A stretch of 64,000 nucleotides of DNA, from assembly GCA_951406725.2 (NCBI GenBank), contig OX597815.1, forward strand, positions 33,418,001-33,482,000, given 5' to 3'. The position numbers and the translations under genes are program-made. Positions within the stretch are counted from its first letter, which is position 1, and each line of letters begins with the position of its first letter. This DNA comes from Octopus vulgaris (lineage: Eukaryota). Below the pieces are notes generated by a model that worked only from the letters and a program-made list of their open reading frames with translations, searched no databases and was not told the origin of the DNA. This document shows, piece by piece, positions 41,740 to 57,479 of the stretch.

Positions 41740-42613
41740 TTCCTTGTCTTCATCTCTTGATGACACCGTTTCCACACCCACCTATGCACCTTTGACAACA
41801 CATTCACCCACACAGACACCTCTGCTTCTGCCGGCTCCTACTACGCCACCTTCGCCGTCGACGGGTGCCCTGAACACACCGTATATTACTAGATCGGGCA
41901 GAACTGTTCATTGGCCCAAGAGACTTTCAAAACCAATTTACATTTGACATTCCTTTCTTCTGGTCAATTTCATGTTTTACTCTTGGACATTTTGTGAAGA
42001 GACAAAAAGAACTTTGTGCATGTTATATATTCTTATGCATTTCAATTTTCTGTTGACATATTGTGTGCCACATCTTCAGGAGGATCGGTAGCCATCTTGT
42101 TTCCTACAGCCACTACACTCTTCTTGTTTCATGCCTCTGCACTCGAGGGGGAGCCATGTAGTGACGCTATCGTAGAAGTTTCAGTGCACATGCGCAGAGC
42201 TGGATTACTTCCGGTAGGCGCCAGAAGTTCCCTCATGTGCATGCGCAGGAACTGCCACCTGAAAGCGTCTCTGCTAAATCTGCCCTTTTGGAAAAGCAGC
42301 CCTAACGGGAAAGCGTCTCTGCTAAATCTGCCCTTTTGGAAAAGCAGCCCTAACGGGCGGACGTGACTAAAACTTCTCTCAGGGAAAACCCTACGCATAG
42401 AGAAGCTCTCTTCGAAGCGAGAATGGAGACCATGTCTATTTGGCTCACCTGAGTGAACATTTGTGTATAGCCCTGTGGACTTGGCTGCCGGTTTGCCCTT
42501 AAAAAATATATATGTATATATTTAACCTGTGAACCCAAAGAATAAAGTGTTATTTATTATTATCGAAGACAGCCAGATTTTTGGTTCCTTTTCTTCGACT
42601 ATTGTATGTAACA
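41740..42613 (+). mobile_element. Gypsy-type LTR retrotransposon 3' remnant: integrase tail, PPT and 3' LTR (42157-42613)
   Basis: YITRSGRTVHWPKRL* integrase C-terminus; PPT GAGGGGGAG; LTR TGTA...AACA with AATAAA at 42541; 48-bp tandem duplication at 42261-42356. Confidence 0.8.
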
Positions 42614-45600
42614 GGATAAGACCAGACACCCCTCAAGTGTTCCTGAAACTCTCATCTTGTTACATCTTCTATACACAATCCTTATATCTCAACACCATGA
42701 AACAATGCACTTCTTAAATGCTTCACCATCTACACACTACATGAAAAGAAACCTTTTATGCCAACAAAGACAACAGTTTTCTGCACTTCCTCCACCTCTT
42801 TTTACTCAACATATCAACATACTTTGAACACTACTGTCAGGTCAGTATCTGGCAATCATGTTTTTCAGTATTACTTGCTCATGAGCTGTGCTGTCAGTGA
42901 CTACACTGATCTCCTGCAAAACTTGGCATGTGTGTGAGTATTGGGTATCCAGTAGGATTAAAAAACGAAACCTGTCAAAGGTAGATGAGCTCACTGAGAT
43001 CTAGTAGCACCTATTCTGAGGAGGTGATGGATGCCATCAGGGTTACTAAAACTAATGAAATACTACAATGAAGTTACATTAACATTTAATTCTACTAGAT
43101 TAGTTAAGGCCTAGATTTTAAAAAGATCCAAACCCTGACTAGTATAAAGAGAACCCATGACTCAGAAGTATGGGAAAGGTTGGTGAAAAATTTTGACTTC
43201 TCTAATAATGCTAGAGGTATGACTTGACATGGTATGAGCCTGATTACCTCATTCTGTGCAATCAAATATGTTAAGCAGGATATGATATGCCTTGAATAAT
43301 TCACATAATACAAATAAATGTAGTAAACATGATATGGATAATGACTGCATAAACTCATTCAATACATAGAAACATACAAAACATTATATGCATTGCTGCC
43401 CTCCATTCTGCTCAGCTAAGTCCAGTTTAACAAACCATAAAATTATAGTCTGATAATTATCAGTGGAGTCCCAAACAAAGTAAAAGCACATGGGACTTAA
43501 AGCTCAAAACTTTAAATAGTTTTCAACATACCATAGTCCAACCAGCTTCTGAAAAACTATCTTAGTCAATTCAAAGCAACAGTAATATAACTATTTGGAA
43601 AAGTGGTGAGCTAACAGAGAACTATTAGCATGCCAGGCAAGATGCTTAGTGGCATTTTATCCATCTTTATGTTCTGAGTTCAAATACTGCTGAGGTTGAC
43701 TTTGCCTTTCATCCTTCGAGGGTTAAAACAAATACCAGTTGAATACTGGGATTGATGTATTCAATTTACCCCCTTCTCCAAAATTTCTGGCCTTGTGCCA
43801 AAATTTGAAACCAATATAACTATTCAGTCTTAACAATGTTACATTGTTGTTGTTGCTTTTGTCATCATCATCGTTATTGTTGTTGTTATTGTCTTTATCA
43901 TTGTCTTCATAATTGCCACCATCATCATCATCATCATAATTATAATTACTTAATGCCCATGTTTCATGCTAGCACAGGTTGGATGTTTTTGACAGGATCT
44001 AATGAGTCCAGAGGCTTCATTGTGCTTCGATGTTTGTGCTGGCATGGTTTCTACAGTTAGACAACCTTCCTTATGACAACTACATTACAGTATGTACTGG
44101 GTGCTCTTTTCATGCCACCAGCACAAAGATTAATAATACTTGCAAAACAATACTTCTGTATAGAACAGGCGCTATTTTACAAGAGACAGCAAATACATAG
44201 TATAAATGTCAAGATTTTCTTTGGCCTCTATGCTTAAATCCTTCCAGAGCAAATCTTATACGGTAAAATAAAGCCTTTAGCCAAGAGATAATTGTGATAA
44301 GTTAGACGAGAATGGTTTCAATATTTAGATTCACAACAGCCAACAAATAGTAACTGACATAATGAACATCACCAGTGCCACAATCCCCACCATGAACATC
44401 ACTATAACCCATAGGAATGGTTTGAATTTTACATTCTATTCATGCAATCACAACATCTAACAAGTAATAACTAACACTAGCATGATAGACATCACCAACA
44501 TCATAACTCTCTTTCATCATCATCATCATCGTTTAACGTCTGTTTTCCACGCTAGCACGGGTTGGCCGGTTCGGCCGGGGTCTGGGAAGCCAGGGGCTGC
44601 ACCAGGCTCCAGTCTGATCTGGCAGTGTTTCTACAGCTGGATGCCCTTCCTAATGCCAACCACTCCGCGAGTGTAGTGGGTGCTTTTTACGTGCCACTGG
44701 CACATGTGCCAGGGGAGTCTGGCATCGGCCACGATCGGTTGGTGCTTTTAACGTGCCACCGGCACGGAAGCCAGTCAAGGCGGCGCTGGCATCGGCCACG
44801 TTCGGATGGTGCTTTTTATGTGCCACTGGCACAGAAGTCAGTCGAGGTGGCGCTGGCATCAGCCTGAAAGAGTTGCGATAAGGGAATTTAGTTGCTCTTT
44901 CTAGCAGATCACTTGATCCATAAAAAATAGCTGTTGAATTCACTCAGCTCACATCGTATAGTCTCAAAAAAAGGAAGGATATATTAGATTATGTATTAAC
45001 TGTGCTAGTTAAACAAGAAGAAAGGATGGTCATGCATGGAATGTGGTTCAACATAAGTCTGCTCATTCAGTGTTGCTCTGATACTGAATAACAACAACAA
45101 CAGCAAAATCTGTTGTCACCTAACAAATAAATCCATGAAGATTATAAAGTGTTTTCTTTAGAATTTTTCTCTTTTCTTTTATCTTTTCATGCCTTTGTCT
45201 CTGTCTGTCTTGCTTAGATTATGATTTTCCTTATTCTATAAGATCAGATTAAAGATGAACGCAATTTATAAAGACAAGAAGAGAAATGGTGGTGGCATTG
45301 ATGATGATGGAGATAAAGCAGGTGGCCATACACACAGACCCAATGTTAATATTTTTATAGAAATAGTTTTGTGAAATGAAATTAGTTTATTGTGCAATAA
45401 TTGACGTTTACAGTTCTATTTTTATGCTCTAATTGCTTAAATAATCTACCAACATTTATAACCTTGATAAAAATAAAATCATATAAGCAACATTGCCTGT
45501 CCAATGGGAATAATTCATATGCAAAATAATAAGTTTTATTTGATATGGTGCTTAATACAGCATTAAAAATGTTTTTCATAAATCCCTTTGAATCACTGAA

Positions 45601-48600
45601 GAATTTCTGTTTAGGAATTTTCAAGGATTTAAAATGAAATGTTACTAGAATTTAGTCTTCATTATGTAATTTTAGGAAGGAGTTTTCAGTTCAAAGTTCC
45701 TTGTCCAAGGTTATTATTCAGTAATTATGATCTAATGGAAACCCACAAACTGTCAGCAGACCATTTCTCCAAGGTTTTGTGTCTTGAGACAAAATGAGTG
45801 TTGTTTATGAACAGAAATACAATGTAGCCATTTTGAGTTCAGATTTCTAATATTCTAGATTAAGCTTTTATAATGTTTATACACTATAAATAAAATAGCT
45901 ATTTTAGGGTATATCATTTCAAGGAATGGTTATGGTATCGGAAGAATTGTTTTATTATGCTGTATACTAACATCTCTAACATCATTTCTGGCCGTGGCAT
46001 CTCTACTGGATCCCTATGTAATGCATATGTGATTAAAGTGTTTATTGAACAGGAAGTCATAGGGGAAACAAAGGAAAGGATAAATTAAAAGAAAATAAGC
46101 AAATACAAAATCAATGTTAATACAGAAATCCTCTACTGGAAAGATAATTTTAATCTGACTTCAGTAATGTTGATCACTAGTTATCTTTAAAGACTCAAGG
46201 GCTGTTAAATAAATCTAATAATATGTGCTAACTACCTCATGTTATTTTCTCTGTAGCAAAACCTATACAATAGGGAATTCCAAAGCACAGAGTATAAATG
46301 CTGGTTAGTTCAATCCCAGCCTGGGTAGTATATGTAAAAAAAAATCAAAAGTAAAAAAGAAAAACAATGTTTTATCATTCTAACAGGGAACAGTACTTTT
46401 ATGAGGAGGTCAAAGGGAATGATATTATCTTTCTATATTCTTGCTTTATTATGAAAAAGAATAGAATATTGAGTTTTAATTGTATTGCTTACATTCTCCT
46501 TTTATATTCGGTTCCCTTAAATAGTTTTAATGTTTTAGTGGTATGTTAATCAAGGCACTGGAATGGCAAAACAAATAAACATAACTAATTGACTTCAAGT
46601 TGTTCAGAAGCATACTCAAATCTCTACCCACAGAGGTGCTGATTTCTCTTTTACTTTTACTACTTCTGTTATAGCAGTCACTGCTTCTCAGAACTGACTT
46701 ATGTCATGCCACTCCAGTACAAGTATTCCAAACTCAGTTATTTCTCCAACTTGTATCTCCAATATTGTATCTATTCCAGGCTCCACTCTCACTACTTACT
46801 CCTGTCCTTCCTTCTCAAAACATCTCCTCTCTGAAGCATGTGTTAAATTTTGGCATGTAAAAAGCACCCAGCACTCTCTGCTAAGTGGTTGGCATCCAGC
46901 AGTAAAAACCATGTCAGAACAGACAGTTGGAGTTTGGACAACTCCCTGCTAGCCATCTCCATGCCAAACCATCCAACTTATGCCAGCATGAACAATGGAC
47001 ATTAAATCATGATAATGATGACTATGTTATGCCTTTTGCAAGGCACATTATTTTGTTTTATTATTTAGGCAATATCCAGAGTCACTATCAATTTTTCCAG
47101 GTCAGTAAGGTCAATGTAGCTGAGGATCAAGTTGAACTTCTCTTCCAAAAGTATGAACATGGAAAGTACTTTAGAGAGTTGCAGCTCTGGGGAAGAAAAT
47201 TTGGGTGAAATGTTTAATTTGTAGGGCTGTGTGTAGAGGCAATTTAGAGATGATGAGAAGAGAAGAGGACAATGAGGATGGGTTTGATGAAAGGGTGGTT
47301 CACAGCTTGTTTTTTCAGAAAAGTAATCTCTTGTAGATGTGATAGAAGAAACAATCTAGTCAGTTGAGCTAATAACATGTTCCATTCCTGTTTAACTGAT
47401 TTGCTAAGAAAAAGGGTATCCATATATAAAAAACAATAGTTCCAAGAAATTATACGTTGAAATCCAAAATTGCAAAAAGCATCCCATTCATGCTTGCATG
47501 GAAAAAATGGTACAAAATAGAAAGAAAAGAACAAAAAGTGTTTTTTAATTTTGTGTAAGCTTCTTGATCCATGCAAGAACAGCCATTAGCAAAGAAAGAC
47601 TACCAAAACTAATTTAATGTTTTAAAATGAAATAAAATGTAAATGTTACACAACTATGAATGCTTTGCTTTCTCATTCACCTTGTCAGATTCTTAGAATG
47701 GCATGGATAAATGGTTTCACAAATTCAGAAAATTGCAACAAGACAATTGTAGCCAATATTTTTATATTTCAATCTCTTCTAAAACCTTGGATTTAGTTTT
47801 GACATGTAATGTTTAGTTAGGTTTGTTTCACATAATGAACCCCCAATATATTCATTGGTTTGTATCTGTTCTAAACATGGTTAACACATAATGGTTAAAT
47901 GGATTATATCAAATTATTGACTGTTGAATAATTTTTCATATTCCAGTGTGGGCATCTTATTAATTTTGTTCCAGAAGTTGGGGACCCCACCCATCAAATT
48001 GTGAAGGGCATGTGGTTTGGTATCCAGTTTTAACCACAAGATAGTTCATACAGAAAAAAAACCCCCCAGAACAGCGTTCCAGAGGCAGATAGGTTTGAAA
48101 AAAATGTTTAGTGTAGGGTTATTAAATGTGACATAATAAAAATGATAAGAGGAAGAAATATGGGTGGAATGAGTAGTGCTGAGTAATGCAGCTTAGGAAA
48201 ATTTGACTCTCAAGTATTTGATACTTCAGAAGCTGAAAATAATGAGTTTAAAAAAGTATGGAATTCCTGAAAAAATTAATCACACAACAAAAATAAAATG
48301 ATTGTTCGTGAGTGATGTAATTATTCACAAAGTTATGCTCTTAACATAGTTTCAGCTTCTAACTGTAAGTATTTTATTTCCCTGGCATCACATTTTCTTT
48401 TATTCAGTAAGCCTGGGTGGATGGTTAAGAAGCTCACTTTGCAACTATGTGCCTTCCAGTTCAGATCTGTTGCATGGCACCAAGGTTGACTAATGCTGTG
48501 ACAATGTTGTGGCCATGCTGGGGTACCACCATGAAGAATCGACTCCATTATTTTAAAACTTGGTACTTATTCTATTAGTCTCTTTTGCTGAGCTGCTAAG

Positions 48601-50509
48601 TTACAGGGACATAAACACACCAACAGCAGTATGTATCATCATCATCATCATTTAGCATCCGCTTTCCATGCTAGCATGGGTTGGACAGTTCAACTGGTGT
48701 CTGGGAAGCCAGAAGGCTGCACCAGGTGCAGTCTGATCTGGCAATGTTTCTACGGCTGGATGCTCTTCCTAACGCCAACCATTCCGTGAGTGTACTGGGT
48801 GCTTTTTACGTGCCAGCGGCACAGGTGTCAGATGGGGCTGGCAAACGGCCACGGTCGGATGGTGCTTTTTACGTGCCACCGGCACGGGGGATGTATGTAT
48901 GTATGTGGTGGTGTTACACACCATACTAATCATATCTGTTACACATGTGGAAGAGAGTGTAATTTGGCAGGAGGACTTAAATGACATGCAAAGGTACATG
49001 AAGCCCAGTTACAACTACAGCTGGCTATTGCCGGTAAAGGTTTTAGCTGCCAATTCTGTACAAGACATTGTAGATCTTTAGCTGGGCTAAAGAGTCACAC
49101 TTGATCACAGCACCAATAACAGTTAAGCTTCATGCAATGGCCATACTCGATAACGAGGGAGCAGCTATCATGTATGTATGTATGTATGTATGAGCACACA
49201 TGTATGCATGTAGGTTTGTGTTTGTCTCTCACTACTTGACACCCAGTATTGGTTTATTTATATTTCTGTAACTTAGCAGTTCAGCTAAAAGAAACTGATA
49301 AAATAAGTACTAAACTTTAAAATATGTACTGGGATTGATTTGGTTGATGGAAATCTTAAAGGCCGTTCTCCCAGCATGGCTGCAGTCTAATGAGTGAAAG
49401 AGGTAAACAAATAAAAGACTATATATTCCCATTATTTATTTTCTTTGAACAGAAATGATCTGGAGGAGAGCTTAAAGGAAAAACATTGATACTTTGACTG
49501 TTTAACTTTAAACAGCTTTATTTTATTTTTTTTTTGCAGCTGGTTTATCTTTGTTTTTGTCGTAACTTCAGTGAATTACTACTACTTAATATTTGTATAA
49601 TTGTATATATATATATATATGCTTTTGTACCAACTTAATACAAGCTATAAAATGAAAAACAATCTAATTGTATATAAATGAAAATCCTGTCAGTTGTATG
49701 TATATGTGGCTGTAAAAACGTACATATATACTTGCTTATATGTATACACATATTTTGTAATATTGTGTGTGGTGTGAATGTGTGTAAGCCTGCTTGTAAT
49801 ATTAGCTTCCTTCTCACCAGAAGACTTCTTTCTCCTTCCCTTGGCTGACACGGCCACTTCCCCACTCTGTCTCTTCTCTCAAGCAACTGACTAAACTCCT
49901 TTTTCTGATTCCAAAAACCAAATCTGTGGATGGTTGTTCCAGTATTAGCAAGATTCTCCATAATATATTGATTTGTTACAATGGCACAGAACCTCAGTTT
50001 TTAGGGTAGATAAATGAGGTTATACGATGTTTATGTTTTTTTTCTCATGGACATTAGTGATTTCAGTATAACTACCATAAAATAACGATAAGCTATTGGT
50101 AATCAAGTAGCTATGGTAATCAAATCTACAGAAAAAAAGACATTTTTCATTTATATTTAATACATGTTATTTCCATCTATTTTCAATACTCTGGAATGGA
50201 ATAGACTCTGCCAGATTGGTTAACTCCCATAAAATCATGTGGAGACAAAGTCTTTGGTAATTAACCAAACTCATTAATGAAGGTCCGTCTTCTCCCTTTA
50301 TCCCCTTTTTCACTTCAGTCACTCATACTGAAGCACTGCTTTGAAGGGTTTACTTGGACAAATTAACTTCAGCATTTATTTTTTAGGTCTGGTACTTATT
50401 CTATTGGTCTCTTTTACCAAACATCTAAGTTATGGGGATGTAAACAAATGAACTCTGGTTGTTAAGCGATGGCAGAGCAAACGCAAAAGCACACATACAT
50501 ACATACATA

Positions 50510-50570
<61 letters not shown>

Positions 50571-50593
50571 CATCATTATTTTTTTCATTTATA

Positions 50594-50630
<37 letters not shown>

Positions 50631-50667
50631 CTACATATTATTTGATGGTTCATATATACATATATAC

Positions 50668-50952
50668 ATGCGTGGCTGTGTGGTAAGGGGTTTACTTCCC
50701 AGCCACATAGTTCCAGGTTTAGTCCCACTGTGTGGCACCTTGGGCCACTGTCTTTTACTTGGGTCAAGTAAAGCCTTGTAAGTGGATTTGGTCGAGAGAA
50801 ACTGAAAGAAGCCTGTTGTATGTATGTGTGTGTGTGTGTGCATGTCTTTGTCCCTGTGTTTGTCCTCCACCACCACTTGACAACTGGTGTTGGTGTGTTT
50901 ATGTCCCTGTAACTTAGCAACTCAGCAAAATAGACTAATAGACTAATAAGTC
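50668..50952 (+). mobile_element. SINE family A
   Basis: Similarity to family A. Confidence 0.8.
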
Positions 50953-51675
50953 TCAGTCACTAGTCATTGCCTTGGTGAGGCCCAATGTTCGAAGGTCATG
51001 CTTCACCACCTCATTCCAGGTCTTCCTGGATCTACATCTTCCACAGGTTCCCTCAACCACTAGGGTGTGGCACCTTTTCACACAGCTATCCACATCTATT
51101 CTCGCCACATGACCATACCAGTGCAGTCGTCTCTCTTGCACACCACATCTGATGCTTCTTAGGTCCAACTTTTCTCTCAAGGTACTAACATTCTGTCGAG
51201 TATGCACATTGACATTACACATCCATTGGAGCATACTGGCTTCATTCCTTGTGAGCTTACGCATGTCCTCAGCAGTCATGACCCATGTTTCACTGCCATG
51301 TAGCATGGCTGTTCATACACATGCGTCATACAGTCTACCTTTTACTCTGAGCGAGAGGCCCTTTGTTACCAGCAGAGGTAAGAGCTCTCTGAACTTTGCC
51401 CAGGCTATTCTTATTCTAGCAGCTACACTTTCAGTGAAATCCTCCCCAGCTACTGACTTGGTCACCTAGGTAAGGGAAGCTATCAACAACTTCTAGTTTT
51501 TCTCCCTGGAATGTGGCGGAAGTTGTTCTCTGCACATTTGCAGTGTTTATTGCTCCTGAGCATCTGCCACATACAAAAACTACCTTCCCATTTAACCTTC
51601 CTTTGATATTGCTGCACCTCTTATGTGTCCATAGCTTACACTGGGTGGATCTTATAGAGTTTCTACCTATGCCTT
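50953..51675 (-). mobile_element. RTE LINE 3' fragment, same family as 35470-36543
   Basis: MLHGSETW...RRLHWYGHVARI...RKTWNEVVKHDL. Confidence 0.9.
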
Positions 51676-52470
51676 TGGGTTATCCAGAAAGTTTGTGCCG
51701 ATTTTTAAAGGAAAGAAAATGGTCAATAAATACTTGCCATTACACTTTTAATCAACCAAATATGAACCACTTTGCTGCACAATGTGTCTCCATCTTTCCT
51801 TTAACTTGAAAATACCCTCTTCCCAGAACTGAGGTGGTTTCATGGCAAAGAATTCATCAAGGAATTTAAATTTTTACCATTAAGACTATTCTGCAGAGAC
51901 CTGAATAAGTGGAAATCTGAAGGAGCAATATCTGGTGAATATGGAGGATGGGGTAACACATCTCAGCTGAGTTGCAGCAATTTTTGTCTGGTTCCCAAAG
52001 AAATGTGCAGTTTTGCATTATCGTGTTGGAAAACAACACCCTTCCTATTGGCCAATTCTGAACGTTTCTATTGAATTGCTGCTTTTAACTCGTCCAGTTG
52101 TGAGCAGTATTTCTCAGAATGAATTGTCTGGTTACTTGGGAGAAGCTCATAGTACAGAATTCTTTTCCAATCCCACCAGACACAAAGCAAGACTTTTTTA
52201 GGGTGAAGACCTGCTTTTGGGGTGGCTAAGGGTGGCTCATGTCGCTTACTCCAGGATCGCTTTCTCTGAACATTTTGGTAGATAATCCATTTCTCATCAC
52301 CTGTCACAATTTGCTTTAAAAAAGGCACGTTTTCATTCCGTTTATAATGGGAATCACAGATGGAAATGCGATCCAAAAGGTTCTTCTCACTCAACTCATG
52401 TGGTACCCAAACATCATAGCGATTTGTGTACCCAAGCTTTACCAGGTGCTCATGAATGACGGATTTTGTC
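51675..52470 (-). mobile_element. Mariner transposase relic with 3' TIR
   Basis: VWVPHEL (~52393-52413), IVTGDEKW, HPKKVLLCVWW, YSPDIAPSDFHLF (~51905-51943); TIR-like TTGGGTTATCCAGAAAGTT. Confidence 0.9.
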
Positions 52471-55400
52471 TGCTTTCCTACTTACTAAGACTTTGGTTAT
52501 GCTAATTTAACTTTATATGCACACACACACACACACACATACGCATGCACACACACACACATAATGATAGAAAAGTAGTAAGAGATAATGATACATACAT
52601 ACATATATATGAATATATTCAGAGATGATAGGTGATTCCCTATTTTTGACAAGATCTGTCCACCATAGGAAAGATTATTCCCTAAAAGCATTCTGGTTAT
52701 GCTTGTAACCCATTCTGCCCTATCAAATGTCCCTCACATCTCATTTCCCTAACATCCAACCCTCCATCACTTCTCTGTCTATGGCCCTACCTGGTGACTG
52801 TAATCACTAGAAAACATTAGTGACATGCTGTATTTTAACATGTGTAAGGAGCCCCCTAATTTTTGGTGCTTAAAATTTGGAAAAAAAGGTTGTGTAAAGA
52901 ATTATAATACTATCCATGTGTAAGAAACTCCCATATTTTTAACCTAATTTTTGACAAAATCAGTTCCTTATACATGTACTTGTATATACAGTATATTACT
53001 TCTACTTTTTTTGGCCACCAGTTACCTGCTTCCCATTATCGTTCCTTCCCTACTCAGACTAATTCAGTGATTGTCTTCTTTCTGTGCCTTCAGTTATCTT
53101 TCTCCTCTGCTATAATCCATTTAACACCTCATATCTGCGTTGATTCTCAGAACCCCTCATATATACCATCCAACCCTGCTCACTATAGCCAGTGATATGT
53201 ACCCTCTACATCTCCTTCCTCACCACTCTTACACTTTACATATTTTCTCCTTACTTTCTGCTCTATCCTTCCAGAGCCATCTCAATCTCTCACCTTACCC
53301 CCTCTCCATTCTGCTCCATACTAATATTTCCCATAAACCATATCTTCTCTACCGCCATTTCTAACCACTTGTTACTCTTGTTGTATGGCACTTGAAGGGT
53401 GCACAAAAGGTTTGTTTCAGTTAGTTGCCTAAATGTTTCTTATTTCTTTACTGCCCACAAGGGGCTACACACAGAGGGGACAAACAAGGACAGACAAAGG
53501 GATTAAGTCGATTATATCGATTCCAGTGCATAACTGGTACTTAGATGAGTTAGACGGGATGCATGTGTTTTGCCAATGATAACTGGCATGACTCTGATGG
53601 AGCTCCAGCCATTCAGTAGACTTGACATGCTATTAAGTCTGATGGGATGGGGAGACATTGTGCCTTATGTGGATGTGTGTTGGGTAGTTTTTAGCACACA
53701 TACTAAACAAAATAGTGGTTGTGGCATGTAAAAGGGCACCATTCGAGTGTGATCGTTACCAACGTCGCTTCACTGGCACCTGTGTCGGTGGCACGTGTAA
53801 AAAGATTCGAGCGAGGTCATTGCCAGTACCGCCTGTCTGGCGCCCATGCAAATGGCACGTAAAAAAGCACCCACTACACTCTCAGAGTGGTTAGCGTTAG
53901 GAAGGCATCCAGCTGTAGAAACTCTGCCAGATCAAGACTGGAGCCTGGTGCAGCCATCTGGTTGCCAGCCCTCAGTCAAAACCGTCCAACCCTTGCAAGC
54001 ATGGAAAACGGACGTTAAATGATGATGATGATGATGAGATAGCTATAGTTTGGTTGGACTAGGTTTAGAGATGAAGGGTGTTTGAAGTATCTCTCTGTAG
54101 ATCGGTGATTTAAGTATGGGATGAAGCAAATGAAAGTAGAGGGTTGAAAATTAAAAAAAGATTTGACTTCTGCACTGACAGCATTGATGTGGGATGAGTC
54201 TGAGAACCATGGGAAGTTGTGAGTACTAAAGTTACTGAGGATAATGGAGTAAAGTGGAGTGAAATAAGATATGCTTTCAGTACAGGAAGAGAAGTGGTTA
54301 AACAGTTGCTGGTGGTTTGGGATATTCAGAGAGTTACAGAGGAAGCATATCTAATTGGGGAAATGAGAGAATGAAACTTCAAATAACAGTAACCAGAAGT
54401 TTTAACTGATATTCAAATGAAAGAGGTGGGTGACAGGAAAAGTGGAGTCTACATATGTTCAGATGCCACCTTTCAGAGTGAAGTTTGAGTAGAGAGTTGA
54501 GTGTAACATGGATAGAGGAGATGGATAGTAGACAGGAGTTGGGAAATTTTTGACTGGAATGTATCTGGTCAGCTATGAATCTTGTAGGTTAGAGAGAGTT
54601 TCAGTTGATAAATGAAACAAAGTTGTGGAACCTGTCATTTGTTCCACAATCATTAAATATACTGACTATTTTTCCAAGCTGGGATAGAGGTAACCAGCCT
54701 GAGCCAATAAAAGAGTATGTTACTTTAAACATCCCACTTTTTCTCATGGGAGCTAAGAGCTACAATTATTTGGCAGCACATATAAATTTGATGTAGAATG
54801 AATTGTGTGCACCTGCATCACAAGCGGCCCATAATCAGAACAGTGTTCAGGTTTAAAAGTCAGGTCAACTGAAATAGTTGGTATGCTGGACTGAAGCTTA
54901 GTAGTTGACACAATATCCCATTAGCTTCCTCTGGTATATATGAACTCATGAACATAATATGACAAGCCAATAAAATACTTGTTAATTATACAATGCTCTT
55001 GTTATTTACAAAAGGGAGTGTTAGCTATTCTTTTTGGTCAACAAGTCTTGGCAGTGCACAATGAGTAGTGATGTGATATGAACTCTTGTACACTTTGATG
55101 GGAATCAAACACTTCACCATTTCCATTATCTGAGGTACTGTTAGTGCATATATATATATTAGTAAGTTGTGGGTTTGATGCCCTCACTGGGTAGCACATT
55201 GTGTTCTTGAGAAAAATGATTCATTTCACCTTGCTCCAGTCCCCCTTTGATCAGAGAGATTGTTGACCTGTTTGTCTAGCCAGCAGGGTGGCATCATTTG
55301 AAGGCTAAAATAATGCACTAGCGCATTGTGACCAGTGATGTTTAACAACATCTGATAGCCTGGTCAGTCATGTGATCATGTGTAATATATATATATATCA

Positions 55401-55916
55401 CATAAAACTATTCTGCACATACAACAATATTATAACCCATACCAACAATCCAACATACCTCCATCCCCAGCTGCCCCACGAATATCACTATGGTTTCGAC
55501 ACCTGGGCAGTACCATTCAATCCAGAGGTGTCAACAGCACTAAAGTGTTATTTGGGAACATACATACCTTAGATATCACCACATTCATTCAATCTTAATT
55601 CTAGGAAGGATTAAACACTAACATTATTAATTAAACTACAACAAAGAAACCACATTTACTCTATGTACAAAAAAGTATTGGTAAATATATACGTAAATTA
55701 TATATTCTCATTATTTACTATACTCTGAATTTTTGGAATTTGTTTTCCTTTCATACAAGTTTAGATTATATACATCATTACCATCATCTAATGCCTGTCT
55801 TCCATGCTGGCATGGGTTGGACAGTTTGATAGGAGCTGGCAAGCCAGAGGACTGCACCAAACTACACTGTCTGTTTTGGGTTGGTTTTTACAGCTGGATG
55901 CCTCTTCTAACACCAA

Positions 55917-55954
<38 letters not shown>

Positions 55955-57479
55955 CATACATACATATACATGCATGCATATGTGTGTGTGTGTGTGTGTG
56001 CGTGTGTGTGAATTGGATATTTACATTTGACTAGCAGGAGCAACTATTTATATATTTTGCTGTTATCATCAACCTGAAATCTGTTTAATAGAATACAAGC
56101 AGATAGAAACAAATGATTAAGTGTAAAGATTGAACTGCTGATAATATTGCAGTTGTCAATGGTAATGATGAAGATAGTTGTGGTGATAGTGATGGTGTTT
56201 GTTATGGATTTTGTTTTTATGATTCACTACAAAATTAAAATAGGAAAAAAAAAAAAAACTAAAAAGGGAAACATGAAAACAAATAGAATAAATAGCTATT
56301 CCCTATATATTTCTTTTCATTATTATTATTTGATTCTGCAGGCTGGTTTAGATTCTCAGTTTAAGTCAATTCATTTCAGTTATGTTAGTCATGCCCTTAG
56401 GAAAAGCATGAACATCACAATTTTCCTTTGACCTGTGTAAGAAATCATAATTATCTTTGCCTAGTCCATATTTTGGATTAAGAAAGATAATCTAATTTGG
56501 TGATAGTAGCTGTCCCAAACCATCTAGTTCATGAGTAGAATAAACTAGCCACAGCAAAGCAATCCGGCAGAATTAGTAGTGATAGAATTTCCCCAAAACG
56601 TGAGCGTCTGTTAAAGCAATAATTAAGGGTAAAAGTCTCAAATGATAAATAAAAGAAATAAAATAAGCAAGGCAAAACAAATAAATAAATAAATAAATAA
56701 AAAATAGAGATTAGTTATAACCTAATATATGTTAAGAAAAGAATGCGTATGGGTTGTGTAAGGGGAAAAAAACTGCTCAAGATTGTTTTTGACCTAGCAA
56801 TTGAAATATTGCGACCTTATTCCATGGAGTTAAAATACTAAGAGTTTTGTCGGTAAAGATGATTAGAATAATGGCCTGTGTGTGTGTGCTCTTATATATG
56901 TGTGTGTCTATGTAAGAGAGCATATATATGTGTATGCATATATATATATATATATATACACACATATGCAGACATCCAAGCACATTGATACTTATACATA
57001 TGCATAAATGTATGTATCCACCACATTTTATAATTCAGTCTTGTTTCTGAATTATAATTCTTAACACTACCATCCCCCCACTCCTTCTGTCTTTCTGTCT
57101 GTCTGTTTATCCTCCTCTTTCCTTTACACTCTCTTCCCCTTCCCTCTCACAACTCAGCTTTCTCAATATGTCTCTCTCCCTCTCCACTTTTCCGTTTGCC
57201 ATGACATTTCCAGAGCACGAGTAGATATAGAATAATTGGTAGTCGCTTACAACAAATTCTTTCCAAAGATGAGGGGAGGGGTAGAAATTGAAGTATATGA
57301 AGAATTTTTGCTAGAAAAGCTTATGTAATAACAGGAGAAAATAAAACTGAAAAAACGAAAAGCTCCAGAACAGATAATCAAAGCCTTTTTACTCGTTGTA
57401 AAAAAGAAAAAAAAAATCATTTTTATATTTTGAGTTGTGGAAAAAATGGTGAAGGCTGGCTAGTAGCACCGAGAGCATC

